A stretch of DNA of 64,000 bases. It comes from Anthoceros angustus (lineage: Eukaryota; Plantae; Anthocerotophyta). A program made the translations under genes and the position numbers. The notes beneath the pieces were generated by a model that worked only from the letters and a program-made list of their open reading frames with translations, was not told the DNA's origin and made no database searches. Positions 25,121 through 37,786 of this stretch are shown here, in pieces (within the stretch, counting starts at the first letter, position 1; each line of letters opens with the position of its first letter). The stretch is taken from positions 1,054,001 through 1,118,000 of the forward strand of contig MU008163.1 in assembly GCA_010909165.1 (NCBI GenBank). The letters are read 5' to 3'.

Positions 25121-25646
25121 TGGGCCATGTCGATTAGGCGAAATCCCTACAAGATACCACACAAACCGGGAGAAAAATGACTATTGTTGCTCAAGAAGAG
25201 GTAGTCACAAATGAGAGATGCCTCACAATTGAGCCCTCAGTGGGAGGCGATGAATGACAATTTGTGGTGCCGCCACCTATGACGTCTTGCATTGTCCGTC
25301 TCCCCATTTGTATAGTGTGGCACCTTTCGGGCGAGCAAATCCCTCTGGAACCCGATCGGGGCCATGTTTTGACCCCAATCCCGGCCACGCCCCACCTTAA
25401 CCCCTTCTCCATTGTCTTAGTAGTTTCTCTTCCACAGGCCATCGCCCACACAACACGCCTCCTGCCCCCGCAAAGACACAACACGCCCCTGCAGACTAAG
25501 TCAGAACATTCATGGTTAGAACCGCCGCTGGTTGCACGTACTCCCCACACGCCATCTGTTGTCATGGGCACGATTCGAAAAGCCACGGCCTGCAAATTTC
25601 CATGCCCCGCCCAGCTTCATTGCTGACATCCTGCGGCAGTGCTCAT

Positions 25647-25726
25647 CGCGCTCCTCCCTATCCGTTTGTTTGCCCGTCGCCTAAGGCTATCGCGTTCCTC
25701 CCTATCCGTTTGTTTTGCCCGTCGCA
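25647..25726. repeat. ~44-bp tandem duplication (CGCG.TCCTCCCTATCCGTTTGTTT.GCCCGTCGC)
   Basis: Direct observation. Confidence 0.8.
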
Positions 25727-26372
25727 CCATGGGTGCATGCTGCACTCAGCCCTATCGACATCAAGCATTGCACCATCCTTTTTCCCTCCTTACATACTGA
25801 CTGCACGCAAATGTGTTCGCACATGTGACAGATCTGGACAAAAGCCGCCATAACGGCCGAGGTGCATCGGCAAATAACGCCCGGTGGGTACTTTCACGCT
25901 TTTGGGGGCGTTGCGTCACCATCAACCCTATGCCAACTACAAATCGCTCGCCATGACCGTGGTGATGGCAATCGTATTTTGACTGCTTTGGGTGCCTCCT
26001 AAAGGCACGAAACGATTATATAATCAACACCATAATATTTGAACCGGCTGGAATATACGAACCCGTCAAAACCCGGACCAAATTGGGTTCCCCATCCACC
26101 AGAGTCCGCAAGTTTAGTGCTGTGGTTTGATCCCGCTTTGTGGGTGCTTTCACACGAATGTGGGTATGTTGGTGCATTCGGACCTCTCGACGGCACCCAT
26201 TTAATGTCTTATAGGTGTGAAACGAGATCTACGGATATTTTGCAGCCGTCAATGAAGTCATCCTTGACAAAGCGAATAACAATGTCACTCATAGTTAAAG
26301 AAGGAGCAGCCGGCATGCCGCCTGCCTTAGTTCTAACCATGCGGTTATGGTACTTTCAAAACTAAACTAGAC

Positions 26373-29300
26373 TCACTTCCCTCGAGATTCTCGGCTTGAG
26401 GCCGTGCTCGGAGGCATTGTCCCGACACGCTATCTAACACAACTTCCGTCCTTCGGTCGAGCATCCTCGGGATCCTCGAAATTGTCGTTTTCGACCATAG
26501 CATTTCGATATCGACGCATCCTCCTTGCTCTTCTCAAATAGTCGGGATGCCACAATGCAGATAGGGTTTCTGGCGATCATCTATAAGATCTCCGCCTTCA
26601 TCCCGCTCAACCCAAGTGGGACTACTGGCACAGGATGCATCCTTCTCGGACAAGCTCAATTCTTTTGCCCGACTGGGTGGGGCCTCGGCGGTGTGGCTCA
26701 TGGGTCAACTCCTCCTGCGTCCCAGAAACTTCATAGCCATGAATCCTTTGCGGAATGAACTCAGCAGCGTTTGTCAACCTCCACGAATGCAATTTCGCCA
26801 CAAAGGAGTGCTAATGTCGTTGTTCCACCCCCGCACATGCATCTAATATCCAATCTCCTTCTCTGGAAGTTCTTGATCAACTTCATCATTAGACCCGTGG
26901 CCTCGACACGGAAACAACCACTTGTCCACATGTATAATAACTTCTTCACCACGGCCGTGTGCAACTCCCCATTATTGAAAGAGCCCCGCAAGGTATTCGA
27001 CATGGACACCTTTGTCTTCTTGCTCGCGTCACCCACCCCACGGTTGATGTACTCCATGTCAAAGCCTCCTTGGTCATTGTGCATATTAGTTTTGTCCCAA
27101 ACAAATGAGACCATGCCTCCACCGCACACCACTTCCTCATACTCTCGACAATATGCGCTCTTCCACACCATGCATTACTATCATTACGATCTCGTCGCAC
27201 ATTGTCATGTCATGGAAGGAATGAAATATGTTTGCCATTTCTTTGCTCAAGTTTGACATCATACTTCCCTTGTTGAATCCCAGGGACATCCATCACCAGT
27301 ATACTTGACTCCAAAGAAACCCTCTCATTTCGCCACATCTCACGCACCACTTGATACTTCACTAACTCCTCTTTGGGCACTAAAGATTGCAGCCCTTCCT
27401 CCATGTCCATGTCCGCAAGTGCCCTCTGCTCATCCTCCAGCCCTTTCCATGTGTGGACCTCTAATATAAAAGCACGGAAATCTTCGGTAGCTTTTTGGTC
27501 TTCAACATCTTTAACTTGCAAATAACACAAAACAAGTGAGGTTGCCGAAAGTCGATTGGGGACAATAGGGAGGGAGCATGCCGCCCTCCAATAGTTCTAT
27601 CTTGGTAAGAACAAATAAACTCACCTTCCCTTCGAGCGGAAATCGCAATGACTTCATCCGTTGAGTGCACGGTACTCCTTCCTCACCATCTCGAATGAAT
27701 TGCAGCCTAGATGCTTCGCCATAGCCACTTGGATCACATGTAGTTTCTTCCAAGAGTGATCTCTTGGCCATACCATTGAGGTCTATGAGACTGTCAGACC
27801 TTCTCGGACACCGATCAACATTTTTGGCCGCCTCACCCGGTGGAATACCACGAAAACTTCGCCAAGGCTTCCTTGCATGTCTTTTGGCTTCACAAAACTT
27901 TGGTCCACCGACTTCGCCTCATCCGCAGCCTGCTTCCCTTGCTTTTCTTGCTTGTTCTCTGCAACATGTTTGGCTTGTTCGGCAATTCCATGGCCTCCCA
28001 CTTCGTGAAGATCTTATCGACATTTTCCCACACTCTCCCTCAAGTTTGGCGATGCAAAGGATATGTGTGCGATTGTCGACCTTGTTTTGCTTATCGCTCA
28101 TCCTCTCCGGCCTCATCATCATCTATCAAGCCCAAGCACCTTATAGGTTGAACTTCCATTCATGGTCATATTGACACCATCCTTTTTGCTATCGCAACTC
28201 ATCTCAAGTACCAACTTGCTCAATGAAATCATCTTCCTCCGCTTGTCGACATGGTTGTGGTGTGGCGAACCCTCATCTCCGTAAAGTGAGCCCACAATAG
28301 ACATGGGCTTCCATCCATTGGAATCCTTGATGGAGATATGTCTCGGATGCTTCATCGTGCATAGGTGTGATTGCCCCGAGCACTCCCATCACATACTTCT
28401 TGGCTCTAAACTTATTCCGCCTATAGATTGAATGTCGCATTGGGGTCAATCATGCACGATGAGGCACCTTCCTCAACTCTACCTTTCAAATAACTCGAGC
28501 TGTAGTTGGTCCATGCTTCATCCACAATCCGAACTGCATCCGGAGAAGAAAGGATGGTGCCTTAAATTCTCTACCAAGAACTGTTTTAACCACTTTCTTG
28601 CGTAGAACTCTCGATATTCGCAAATAATCTTCATCACGGATGGAGGCCTCTCCCCCCGCACAACATGCGGATTTCATCGTATCGCAGCCCGCTGCCGCTT
28701 TCCTTCTCTCTTCCTCTCGACCTCCCCCCCAACCGGCTTGTCGAACCGCTTGCGCTTCCACTACTCGATCGCCCACCATATCAGCCACGCCGCATGCGCG
28801 CCCTCCTCCCATGAGGGCGCCGCCCACCCCCCTCTGGCCGGGAGGCGCCGCATGCCGGCGCCTCTCCAGGGAGGCGCCGGCATGCGCCCTCCATCCCCAT
28901 GGCGGGCGCGCCGCATGCCGGCGCCCGCCTCATCCAAGGCTGGCGCGCCGCATGCGCGCTCTCATCCCGGGGCCAGGGGCCGGCATGCCGGCGCCCTTCC
29001 GCCCACCCCACTGGTGGCCGCTCGCACATCCAGGCCGATGCCGCCTTCGCAGAGGGCGGAAGGGGCCGATGCCGCGCCCTTCCTCTCCTCCCATGCCTTC
29101 ATCCCGGATATAAACCAGCGCTGAGGGGTGCCCAACCCATGTGTTCTCCCACCGGCAGTACACTGTCAGCGACCCATGTCTTCACAGGATTGTAAGGCAC
29201 CGTGGCACCATGGAGAAATCAAATCATCCTCCTCACCCCATTATCACCATCCTCCTCCGCATCATCCTGTTGGCCAAGCAACTCAGATAGGGCCATCCTC

Positions 29301-30190
29301 TTCATCCGAGGGTCCATACTCGCCTCATCTCCTTCCAATTCATAATCGACCCAGGTCCTTCTAAAGACATCTCCGGTGATTGATGATTGTAATCACCTCA
29401 CATAAGCATCGATAAAAATTCCTTGCATTACGCAAGAGTTAGAAGTTCCAAAAGTGTTTAGTGGATGCAATGATGTTCAAAACTTCAAAATCAATGACCA
29501 AAGACATGCACTTACAATCCGTGGTCGAAGAGCTTCCCGGAATTTGAGAGACAGTTCACGTGGCTCACACTTTTTGCTAACCAAGCCTGCTATGCTCAGC
29601 ACGAACACACTGTAGTCGACCGACTCCACTGGCAAAGCTTCAAACCCATAAGGCTTCGAAGTCACCAAGACCTGAATATCCGGATCTCCTTCCGCTTCTA
29701 TTAACGTTGCCCATACCACAAATCCAGCCCTGGCTCTCTGATTCGGCAAAGCACCGTTGTGGCCATAAATCCATAATTTCAACATTGGTGTCCACACCAC
29801 ATTGTCTTCATCGTTCTCACTGTCAAAGCCTTCCTTCTGACAATCTCATCAATCCGGGTTAGTGTGTCTGCAATTGAACAGTCTCCTCAAGCGTAAAGGT
29901 AAGGATTAGAATTTGCGGCACTGTTTGTGAGTTTGCCATCTCGATTTCCCTCCGCCTCTCCTTTGTGCTCACCGATCCTCGGATCCGAAAGTTGGCCGTC
30001 GCCTCCAACATCGTGCTCGCACGCCTTCCAAGCAGCTGAATTGGAAGACCAGTCGGCGAACTGTCCATGATCTCCTCCACGGCTTTGCGTGTGATCGCCT
30101 TCTTCCCTTTCTCTTCCGACGCTTTGGTTTGTCCACATGCGGCGGGCCTTCTTCTCCCTCCTTGTCCTTCTTTGCTGCGCCACTTGCCAT
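26373..30190 (-). CDS. ParB-like + N4/N6 DNA methyltransferase gene, copy B (frameshifted as sequenced)
   Basis: Colinear with copy A: GVL.GNHTYA (~28375), KVDNRTH, GK|GTGAG intron donor at 27624, WKGLEDEQRALADMD, ILVMDVP, SFVWDKTNM, GLMMKLIKNF, GGGTTTLALLCG..VEVDKRC. Confidence 0.78.
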
Positions 30191-30945
30191 TGCCACGATC
30201 ACAAGCAACGATGCATACGGAGACACCAAATCTCCTCAAGCGTAAAGGTGAAGGATTAGAATTTGGCGGTACTCTTACGTGAGTTTGCCATCTCGATTTC
30301 CCTCACGCTCCTTCGTTGTGCTCACCTTTTGATCCGGGATCCAGTTCGGGGCGTGCGCCTCAACATCGTGCCAGCATTCGCCTTCAAGGTGCGCCTTGAA
30401 TTGGAAGACCGGTCGGCTCGAACTTTGGTGTCCATCCACTCCACGCCCGGTCTTTGCGGTGTGATCGCCTTCTTCTTCTTCTTGGCGTTTTGGTTTCTCC
30501 ACATGCGGCGGGTTTCTTCTCCCTCCTTGTCCTTCTTTGCTGCGCCACTTGCCATTGCCACGATCACAAGCAACGGATGCATACGGTGAGACACCTCCTT
30601 CAAGCGCGCGAGGGTTGCGCGCGCCTCCACAATCACGAATGGCGCGGCAATGGCCTCCACTCGTGACCGGCGCTTGGAGGCGCAATTCGAGGCCTTCCGG
30701 TTTCGGAAGTGGAGCGCAACTCGCGATGAACGCGGTGTGAGCCGTGAACGCCTCCATTAAAAGGAAATCGGCCTAAAAATCAGGTTAAATAGGACGGTGA
30801 GTGAGCACCGTATGTCGATGTTTGTTTTCCACTTACCCTATTTGGTGTGGCACCTTTGCACATTTTTCACGGTGGCCCATGTTTTCCAACCGTGTTGCAC
30901 TTGCATACATTAAAGCCTTCGATCCCTAACGCAAAAGCCGCAACT

Positions 30946-32626
30946 TTATGACCGCCAGTGAAACGGGCGTCGGATCCGCACCGTAGATAAATCTTCTCCG
31001 CTGAGTGCTGGAAAGATGCCACTCGAGGCATCCGCGCGATAGTTCTCGATGTCTAATATGATTGTGCCGTGATTTGTCCCTCCTTGTTCTGTGGTGCCGA
31101 TCGCCACCGCCGACGTCTCTTGCCCATGCTCCACTCCACCCATACCGATGAAGACAGAGGTAATTTTCATAAAGCGCTCGCCCACGCCCGTAGAGTCCCT
31201 TGTCACTGGAACGTTGTTCATAAATGGGTCATGCGGTTTGATCGCAGATGGGGAACTTGTTGGCATATCGAATGCCTCGCCTCCAAAGAGACCCATGCGC
31301 AAAAAGGGGCAATGATCATTTGGCCAAAGCGCTCAACTTTGCCCGAAGGGACCGAGTCAATGCTCGGACAACCTGTGTATCGAACACAATTATGTAGACA
31401 AGCTGGAAATTTTCCGAGGCAAGCGGATGGCGGAGGTAATCGCTGGATGATGGCTTCACCTTGTTCTCGTGAAAATCGTATGCAGGCTCGGGATGGCGAA
31501 GGACTCATAACCATTCTCGTGCACCCCTATGTGCCACCGACGGAACTTGCGGCTATGGAACTTAGCCCGAGAGACGAGATCGCCCCGAGTAAATGAGCGT
31601 GCCATGAGGTCTTTCGCCTCGTGTGGAGTGTTTGGTGCATGGGGGGGATATTGCTGGCGATAACGTTCCCCATCCTCCTCCAGATTCGTCATCTGTTTGG
31701 CCAAGCAACTCCGGTATAGGGCCATCCTCTTCATCCGAGGGTCCATACTGCCTCGTCCTCATCTCCTTCCAATTCATAAGCCCTCCTTCTAAAGACATCT
31801 CGGCGGTGATTGATGATAGAAGTTGTTATCACTTCACACAAGCATCGATAAAAATTCCTTGCATTCTGGCAACGAGTTAGAAGTTCCAAAAAGTGGTTAG
31901 TGGATGCAAAGATGTTGCAAACCTTGAAAAGCATTGGCAACCAAAGACATGCACTTACAATCCGTGGTCGAAGAGCTTCCCGGAATTTGAGAGACAGTTC
32001 ACGTGGCTCACACTTTTTGCTAACCAAGCCTTTATACTCCGAACACCTTGTAATCTTGAGCTCGCAAAGCTTCAAACCCATAAGGCTTGAAGTCACCAAG
32101 ACACGAATATCCGGATCTCCTTCTTCTATGTTGCCCATACAAATCCAGCTCTCGATTGCAAAGCACCGTTGTGGCCATAAATCCATAATTTCAACATTGG
32201 TGTCCACACCACATTGTCTTCATAGTTCGCACTGTGTCAAGCCGGTCCTTCTCTCGGACAATCGTGTCATCAATCAAGTTAGTGTGTGCGCAATTGAGCA
32301 GTCTCCTCAAGCGTAAAGGTGAAGGATTAGAATTTGGCGGTACTCTTACGTGAGTTTGCCATCTCGATTTCCCTCACGCTCCTTCGTTGTGCTCACCTTT
32401 TGATCCGGGATCCAGTTCGGGGCGTGCGCCTCAACATCGTGCCAGCATTCGCCTTCAAGGTGCGCCTTGAATTGGAAGACCGGTCGGCTCGAACTTTGGT
32501 GTCCATCCACTCCACGCCCGGTCTTTGCGGTGTGATCGCCTTCTTCTTCTTCTTGGCGTTTTGGTTTCTCCACATGCGGCGGGTTTCTTCTCCCTCCTTG
32601 TCCTTCTTTGCTGCGCCACTTGCCAT
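30946..32626 (-). CDS. Extra paralog in copy B sharing the MTase gene's N-terminal region but with an unrelated C-terminal part
   Basis: MASGAAKKDKEGEE...KKCEPRELSLKFREALRPRI...GPSDEEDGPI duplicated from 29290-30190, then diverges at ~31640; 32302-32732 is nearly identical to 30231-30661. Confidence 0.5.
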
Positions 32627-32809
32627 TGCCACGATCACAAGCAACGGATGCATACGGTGAGACACCTCCTTCAAGCGCGCGAGGGTTGCGCGCGCCTCCA
32701 CAATCACGAATGGCGCGGCAATGGCCTCCACTCACCGGCGGGAGGCGCAATTGCCTTCCTTGGTTTCGTTTGCGGGCGGTGTGGTGTCTTGAAGAAGACC
32801 GAGGCGGAC

Positions 32810-35693
32810 ACGGTAGGATTTCAAACCGTGTTGCAACAAAGTATGTATTCAACGACTTTCAAGGAGGGTTTCAAGAAGAGAGGCAAAGGTTTCCTTATGT
32901 TGGGAAGGTCCGAGACATACTAGAGACCCTTGTAAGGCCTCGACCATGGATCGAAAGGAAAAGACATCTACTTTCAAGGCACCGGTTCCAATCAAGTGTC
33001 GAAATCCTAAGGGTGTATTGCATAGGGTCGGAAAGGTATGAGGAGGTGAAGAGTATCGTTGAATTCACCATGGGATGGTAGCAAACCCGGGTGAAATCAT
33101 CTCATGCATTGGGCGCTATAGCATGGATGGATGCAACATTTCGCAATTAGCGGCCGCCTAATGTTGAAGTCTACAATCTTCCCGACACTTTCACCAAACT
33201 AGAAGTGTGGACACAATACAAATGTGGCATGGAGCAAAACGGCAGATATTTCAGACGCTGCATTTACGAGACTATGGGGCGAGAACTTCAAGCGAAGATA
33301 CCCAAATCCAATCGATTTTCAACATGTTCTCGGCGCCGGTCTAAAGTTCAACATCCGGCAATCGGATCGCGATGATGGTATGCTCATCGCCGCACACCGC
33401 TTTCCGATATGGTATAAAGGGGCAAAGGTTGGGCGTCACGAGGTGGGCCATCCGATGACGACGGTGGTCAGGATGGTGGATGTTGACCCTTGGTCGAGGC
33501 ACGGTCGACGGCCCTTGGTCGAGGAAGGCGGGGCATGTTCTCTAGAATGCGCCAGGAGTGGAGGAGAGGAGCGCGGCATGCTCGGCGGGGAGGAGATGAG
33601 GAGGGCGTCGGCATGCCGGCGCCCTCAGGCGGAGAGGCATGCGGAGGGGAGGAGATGAGGGGCGCATGCCGGGGCCCTAAAGGCGGGGGCAGGCGGCCGG
33701 GGCCCGCGGGGAGATGAGGGCGCCGGCATGCCGCCCATGAAAATGGAAGGGGATGGGAAAAGGAGGAGGAGCGGGAAAGGGGTTGGGCGCCGCGCCATAT
33801 TGGTTGAAGAGCAGGGACACTTCGCCTTGACATTTGTGGCGCGGTTCGGCGCCCTAGCGTTGAGGACCATTGAGGGCCCTAATATATGGGACCACACAAC
33901 GGCCGGAACCCTAGGTTCGCTGCTTAGGTTGACCCTCCGAGGCGGTTAGGGTCGGTGCCTTGCCTCTACAAGGACAAAACCCTAGACCCAGACTTATAAT
34001 GGCGCCGACTTCTGCTCATTGCATTTGAAATGAGGCGTTAGTGGGGAGGGTCGGTCGTGAATGATGGTATATGTCCTCATGGACACCGACATGACATTTG
34101 GTTGTATGGCGATATATATCGGAGGCATTGAACAAACATCGCATAAAGCTTATGGAGGAGCGGAAGAAGTTGACAAAACATCGAATCTAAAAGGATACAC
34201 CGAGCCTCACAAGTACATGTTATTATGTATCGATGGTATGGATCGAAAAAAACATCTTTACCGATATACTTAGATGGCCTAAGGAGCTAAAGGAAGATAG
34301 CCGTGTTACCGTCCATGTGGTGGGGTGTATGATTCACAATCACACGCTCACGGCAAGGGCGATCTCGCACTACGCAAATTTGAACGATGCTAATTTAACC
34401 ATATGCATTATATTGTGATGTGATACATACGTATGTCGGCTTTCCCAAGGTTCTATATTTGCAACTGGACAACACACATGTCGGAGAACAAGAATCAACT
34501 GCTTTGCTTATCTCGAATATGCTCGTGGAGATGGGGACATTTGAGAAAGTGAAGGTGGGGTTCCTTCTCACACACATGACCAGTTGACCAAATGTTCTCT
34601 GTTTCTCCAAGCATTTGAAGCACAAAGAGGCCAAAACTCTTCCTTATGCAGGATATATTGACCAAGGCTCACGCCAAACCCGTGAAGGTCCCGACCGAGG
34701 TTCCGATCGCTTCCGCAAAAACAAAAGGGCTCTAAGTTTAAATGCGGTTCGCAAGTCAACAATCTATCATTCCAACACCAATTCAAAATCACGGGAGGAA
34801 AATCAGGGGTAAAGTTATTATCCGAGTAAGACGACCTCACCGTTATGGGAAATGTAAGATGGCTGGAGTTCTTGTCTTTTATTCCAAATGTCGAGATAGG
34901 ACCCACAACCGCTAGCTCTACGCCAAGGACAAGAAAGGCTGATGGAAAGCTCACCGCACGGGAAGGAGTAGAGCACTTAAGGAAGGGTTTGCGAAACTTT
35001 CCACATATGTTAACGCAGAGGAGGAGTGGTGGAATGACTGGAAGGATCAAGAGGAGATTGCAACTATAGTGGACAATAACATTGGCCTTGTGTTGAAAAG
35101 TCCGGAAGTGGTATGATAGATCTGCAGTAACTTGTACCGCCACCGCAGTTCCGAGGAGGCTATCTTGGACGAAGCCTTATTAGACGTCAACGGACATGTA
35201 CTTGGGTGCTTACCAGAGTGTGGAGAGACGGGAGCAAGAGGTCGAGCGCATGAATGGTGACATAACGGAGATTAAAAAGGTATGTTTATTGTCACCTTGT
35301 GAGGGGACACACACAGTGGCATTCGGTTGCAAAGGTGTTGAGTGTGCACCGACCGATGACCCATACCTGCATCGTGGCGAACCGAGCACACCGATGCCTA
35401 CGAGGGCAAGTATGTTTGAGAATACTTGGTCGACCGAGGAGGTAGACAATTTCATCTACCAACAAAGGTGCAAAAGCATGGAAGCCACCCAACGCTCGTG
35501 GTTGTTTGTACATAAGATACCATTGTGTACTATGGGTTCAATCTCACTTCTAGGAAACATCAGACTGGCGGATAAAAAGCTATCAAGAGAAGTTAAGTGC
35601 CCTCCGTCCCCATCTTCAACCTGCACTCCCTCGGTGGACATGAGGATGATGGTGATGACGCATTTATTCCACATGGAGAAACCGACGCCCTGA
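32810..35693 (+). CDS. DUF7869-type transposase, copy B, frameshifted
   Basis: DFKPCCNKVC; YNLPDTFTKLEVW; EPHKYMLLCIDGMD; KVLYLQLDNT; MLVEMGTFEKVKVGFLL..HTHDQ; GC-rich probable intron ~33.35-34.1 kb at the same place as in copy A. Confidence 0.78.
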
Positions 35694-37786
35694 GTCGTGG
35701 GAGGAGTGAAGGACCGAACGGCTCGACATATATCCCACTCATGGTCCGCTCCTTCCAAATTACGGCGCAACTCTTTTCCACACCCTTTGTGGTGGCATGC
35801 TTAAGCCCATCACGACAACATTTTCTCGTGGTCCGCTCCTATTGACACCCTTCATTTCACCGGCCCGCCATGACTTTGTTCGTTGGATTGCTTTATGGCG
35901 CCCATTTTCGTGAAACTTGGCGCTCTTTTCCAGCCGATACCATGTAATCGGGTTTTGTGAAGAGGAACATGGAACAGACAAGACAAGATTACTCCTGACA
36001 GCGGATATTAAAAAGGCCATGTTGGGCATATTTGTTTAAAGGGAATGGATAAGGGATTTCTCAGGTGTGAAGATGGGCGGATGCACGCCCACGGTGGTGT
36101 GTTTGCACACCCTTGTACACTTATATAAACAGCTCATTTTCTATACCTTCTTACCATAAATGGGAACCTTGCAAATCCGCCTGCTCCTTCACTATAAGGC
36201 GAATAATGTAAAGACTGTCGGGTTTCATTATCCCGCACAAAGGGAGTTTGAAATCAGACCAAGCAAACCCCATTGGCATGTCCCCACCATACCCTTGTTG
36301 GTGTGTGTGCTCCATGCAATTTTAAACCGGAATGTGGATTCGACCATAATTTTGAACACATTCTCCATGACTACATGCAGGAACGGCGATTTAGTGACCA
36401 TCCAGAACCCGGTTCAGCGTATATACATGCATAAAGCCGCTTGATGTATATTCCGCCGGTTCAAATATTATGGTGTTAATCCCAGCTGTGAACTACTTAG
36501 TTTAGGTATATCCACTCCTTGTGATTTTCCTTGACCACTCATCACACCGCTTGACAACTCGAGTGCGTCCTCTTGCATGCGCGATGCCTTGCTCCAGCTT
36601 GCACATGCCTTTGAGCACGCCATGGCCGTAACTCGTTGTCACGCTGGAGTTCTGGACACGTGGCGCTATCCCAATGTAACCCGTTTCCCATAAGAAGGAT
36701 GCATCGACCCCTCTTTTCCAAGCATTCACCGCCTCTTGCGCGATTCGTTCCCCGGCTCAGAGGTGTGGAATTTGGGCTTCTTCTCGCACCGTGCTCCCAA
36801 TTGGCTGCCCAGTCTCGAGTTTGGGAGTTTGCTTGTTGCCACTTTGTTGTCACTTGTTGCGCCACCACAACTTAAATCGTTTTGGCTTGTAATGTGTAGG
36901 GTGAGTTGCGATTAACAGAGGACCATGGCTCACGTGGGGCCAACATCCTGGATACCCTCCACATTACGAGAACGACCAGCATTTGACTCATCGCCGGGCT
37001 CCCCTCGCACCCCTTTCTCTCGCACCGATGGCTGCTCAACAAGCACCGCGATAAGCTTGAGCGTGAAGACGGAGTTGATGTTTGAAAGGCGGACAAGTGT
37101 GTCCGAGGGTGAGGCTGGGGGTTGTGGATTTCAAGGCATACCGCCTTCTCCCGAACCGGAAAAAGCCTTGGGCATCAAGAGACCGGATAGAGCGTGTGAA
37201 GGACGATGGCATTCACACACGCCGCAAGCGACCGCACCGCCTGGATTCGTAGAGCATTAGTGCCGTATGTGCCCATGGACATAGACAACGGGTTTAGGTA
37301 GGGGTTTGCATGTGGTATGATGCCATGTTTTGTTTTTAATGGTCGAACATGAGCCGTATGTTGGCGGTATGGGCCGGAGGTTAAAATGCACCCCCTACAT
37401 ATATTTTGTCATTAAACCGCCTGTGGAAACCCTTGCCTGAAACCCTCCAATATGAAATGGCAACAAAGGTGTGTGCCACATCCTCGAAACCTCACGGAAA
37501 TAGCGACAGCGGCCGCCTTGTATCTCTCGGCATTCCCTGGCTACTAGGCCATAGGAAGTGTAATGGTGGTCTCGCAAATGATCGGTGCACGCAATTTAGG
37601 TTGTGACATGAGTCCAATTGAGTCGGTCCGTAATTAATGATCCCATTCCACAAAGAAACATATTTTGACCCATTTATAATTATGTATTTACCTTGCACGG
37701 ACCCCACTAGTCGACATGCCGTTTTTCCTTTTCGACTTAACTATCCCACCTAGCATGTATTGGTGTGCATATCATCCATTGCCGCG

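Larger units (their letters stand above)
26026..36477. mobile_element. Copy B: complete-ended TIR DNA transposon with DUF7869-type transposase and ParB-like/N4-N6 MTase gene; 4-bp TSD AATC
   Basis: Left AACACCATAATATTTGAACCGGCTGGAATATAC (26026-26058); right GTATATTCCGCCGGTTCAAATATTATGGTGTT (36446-36477); AATC at 26022-26025 and 36478-36481. Confidence 0.9.
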
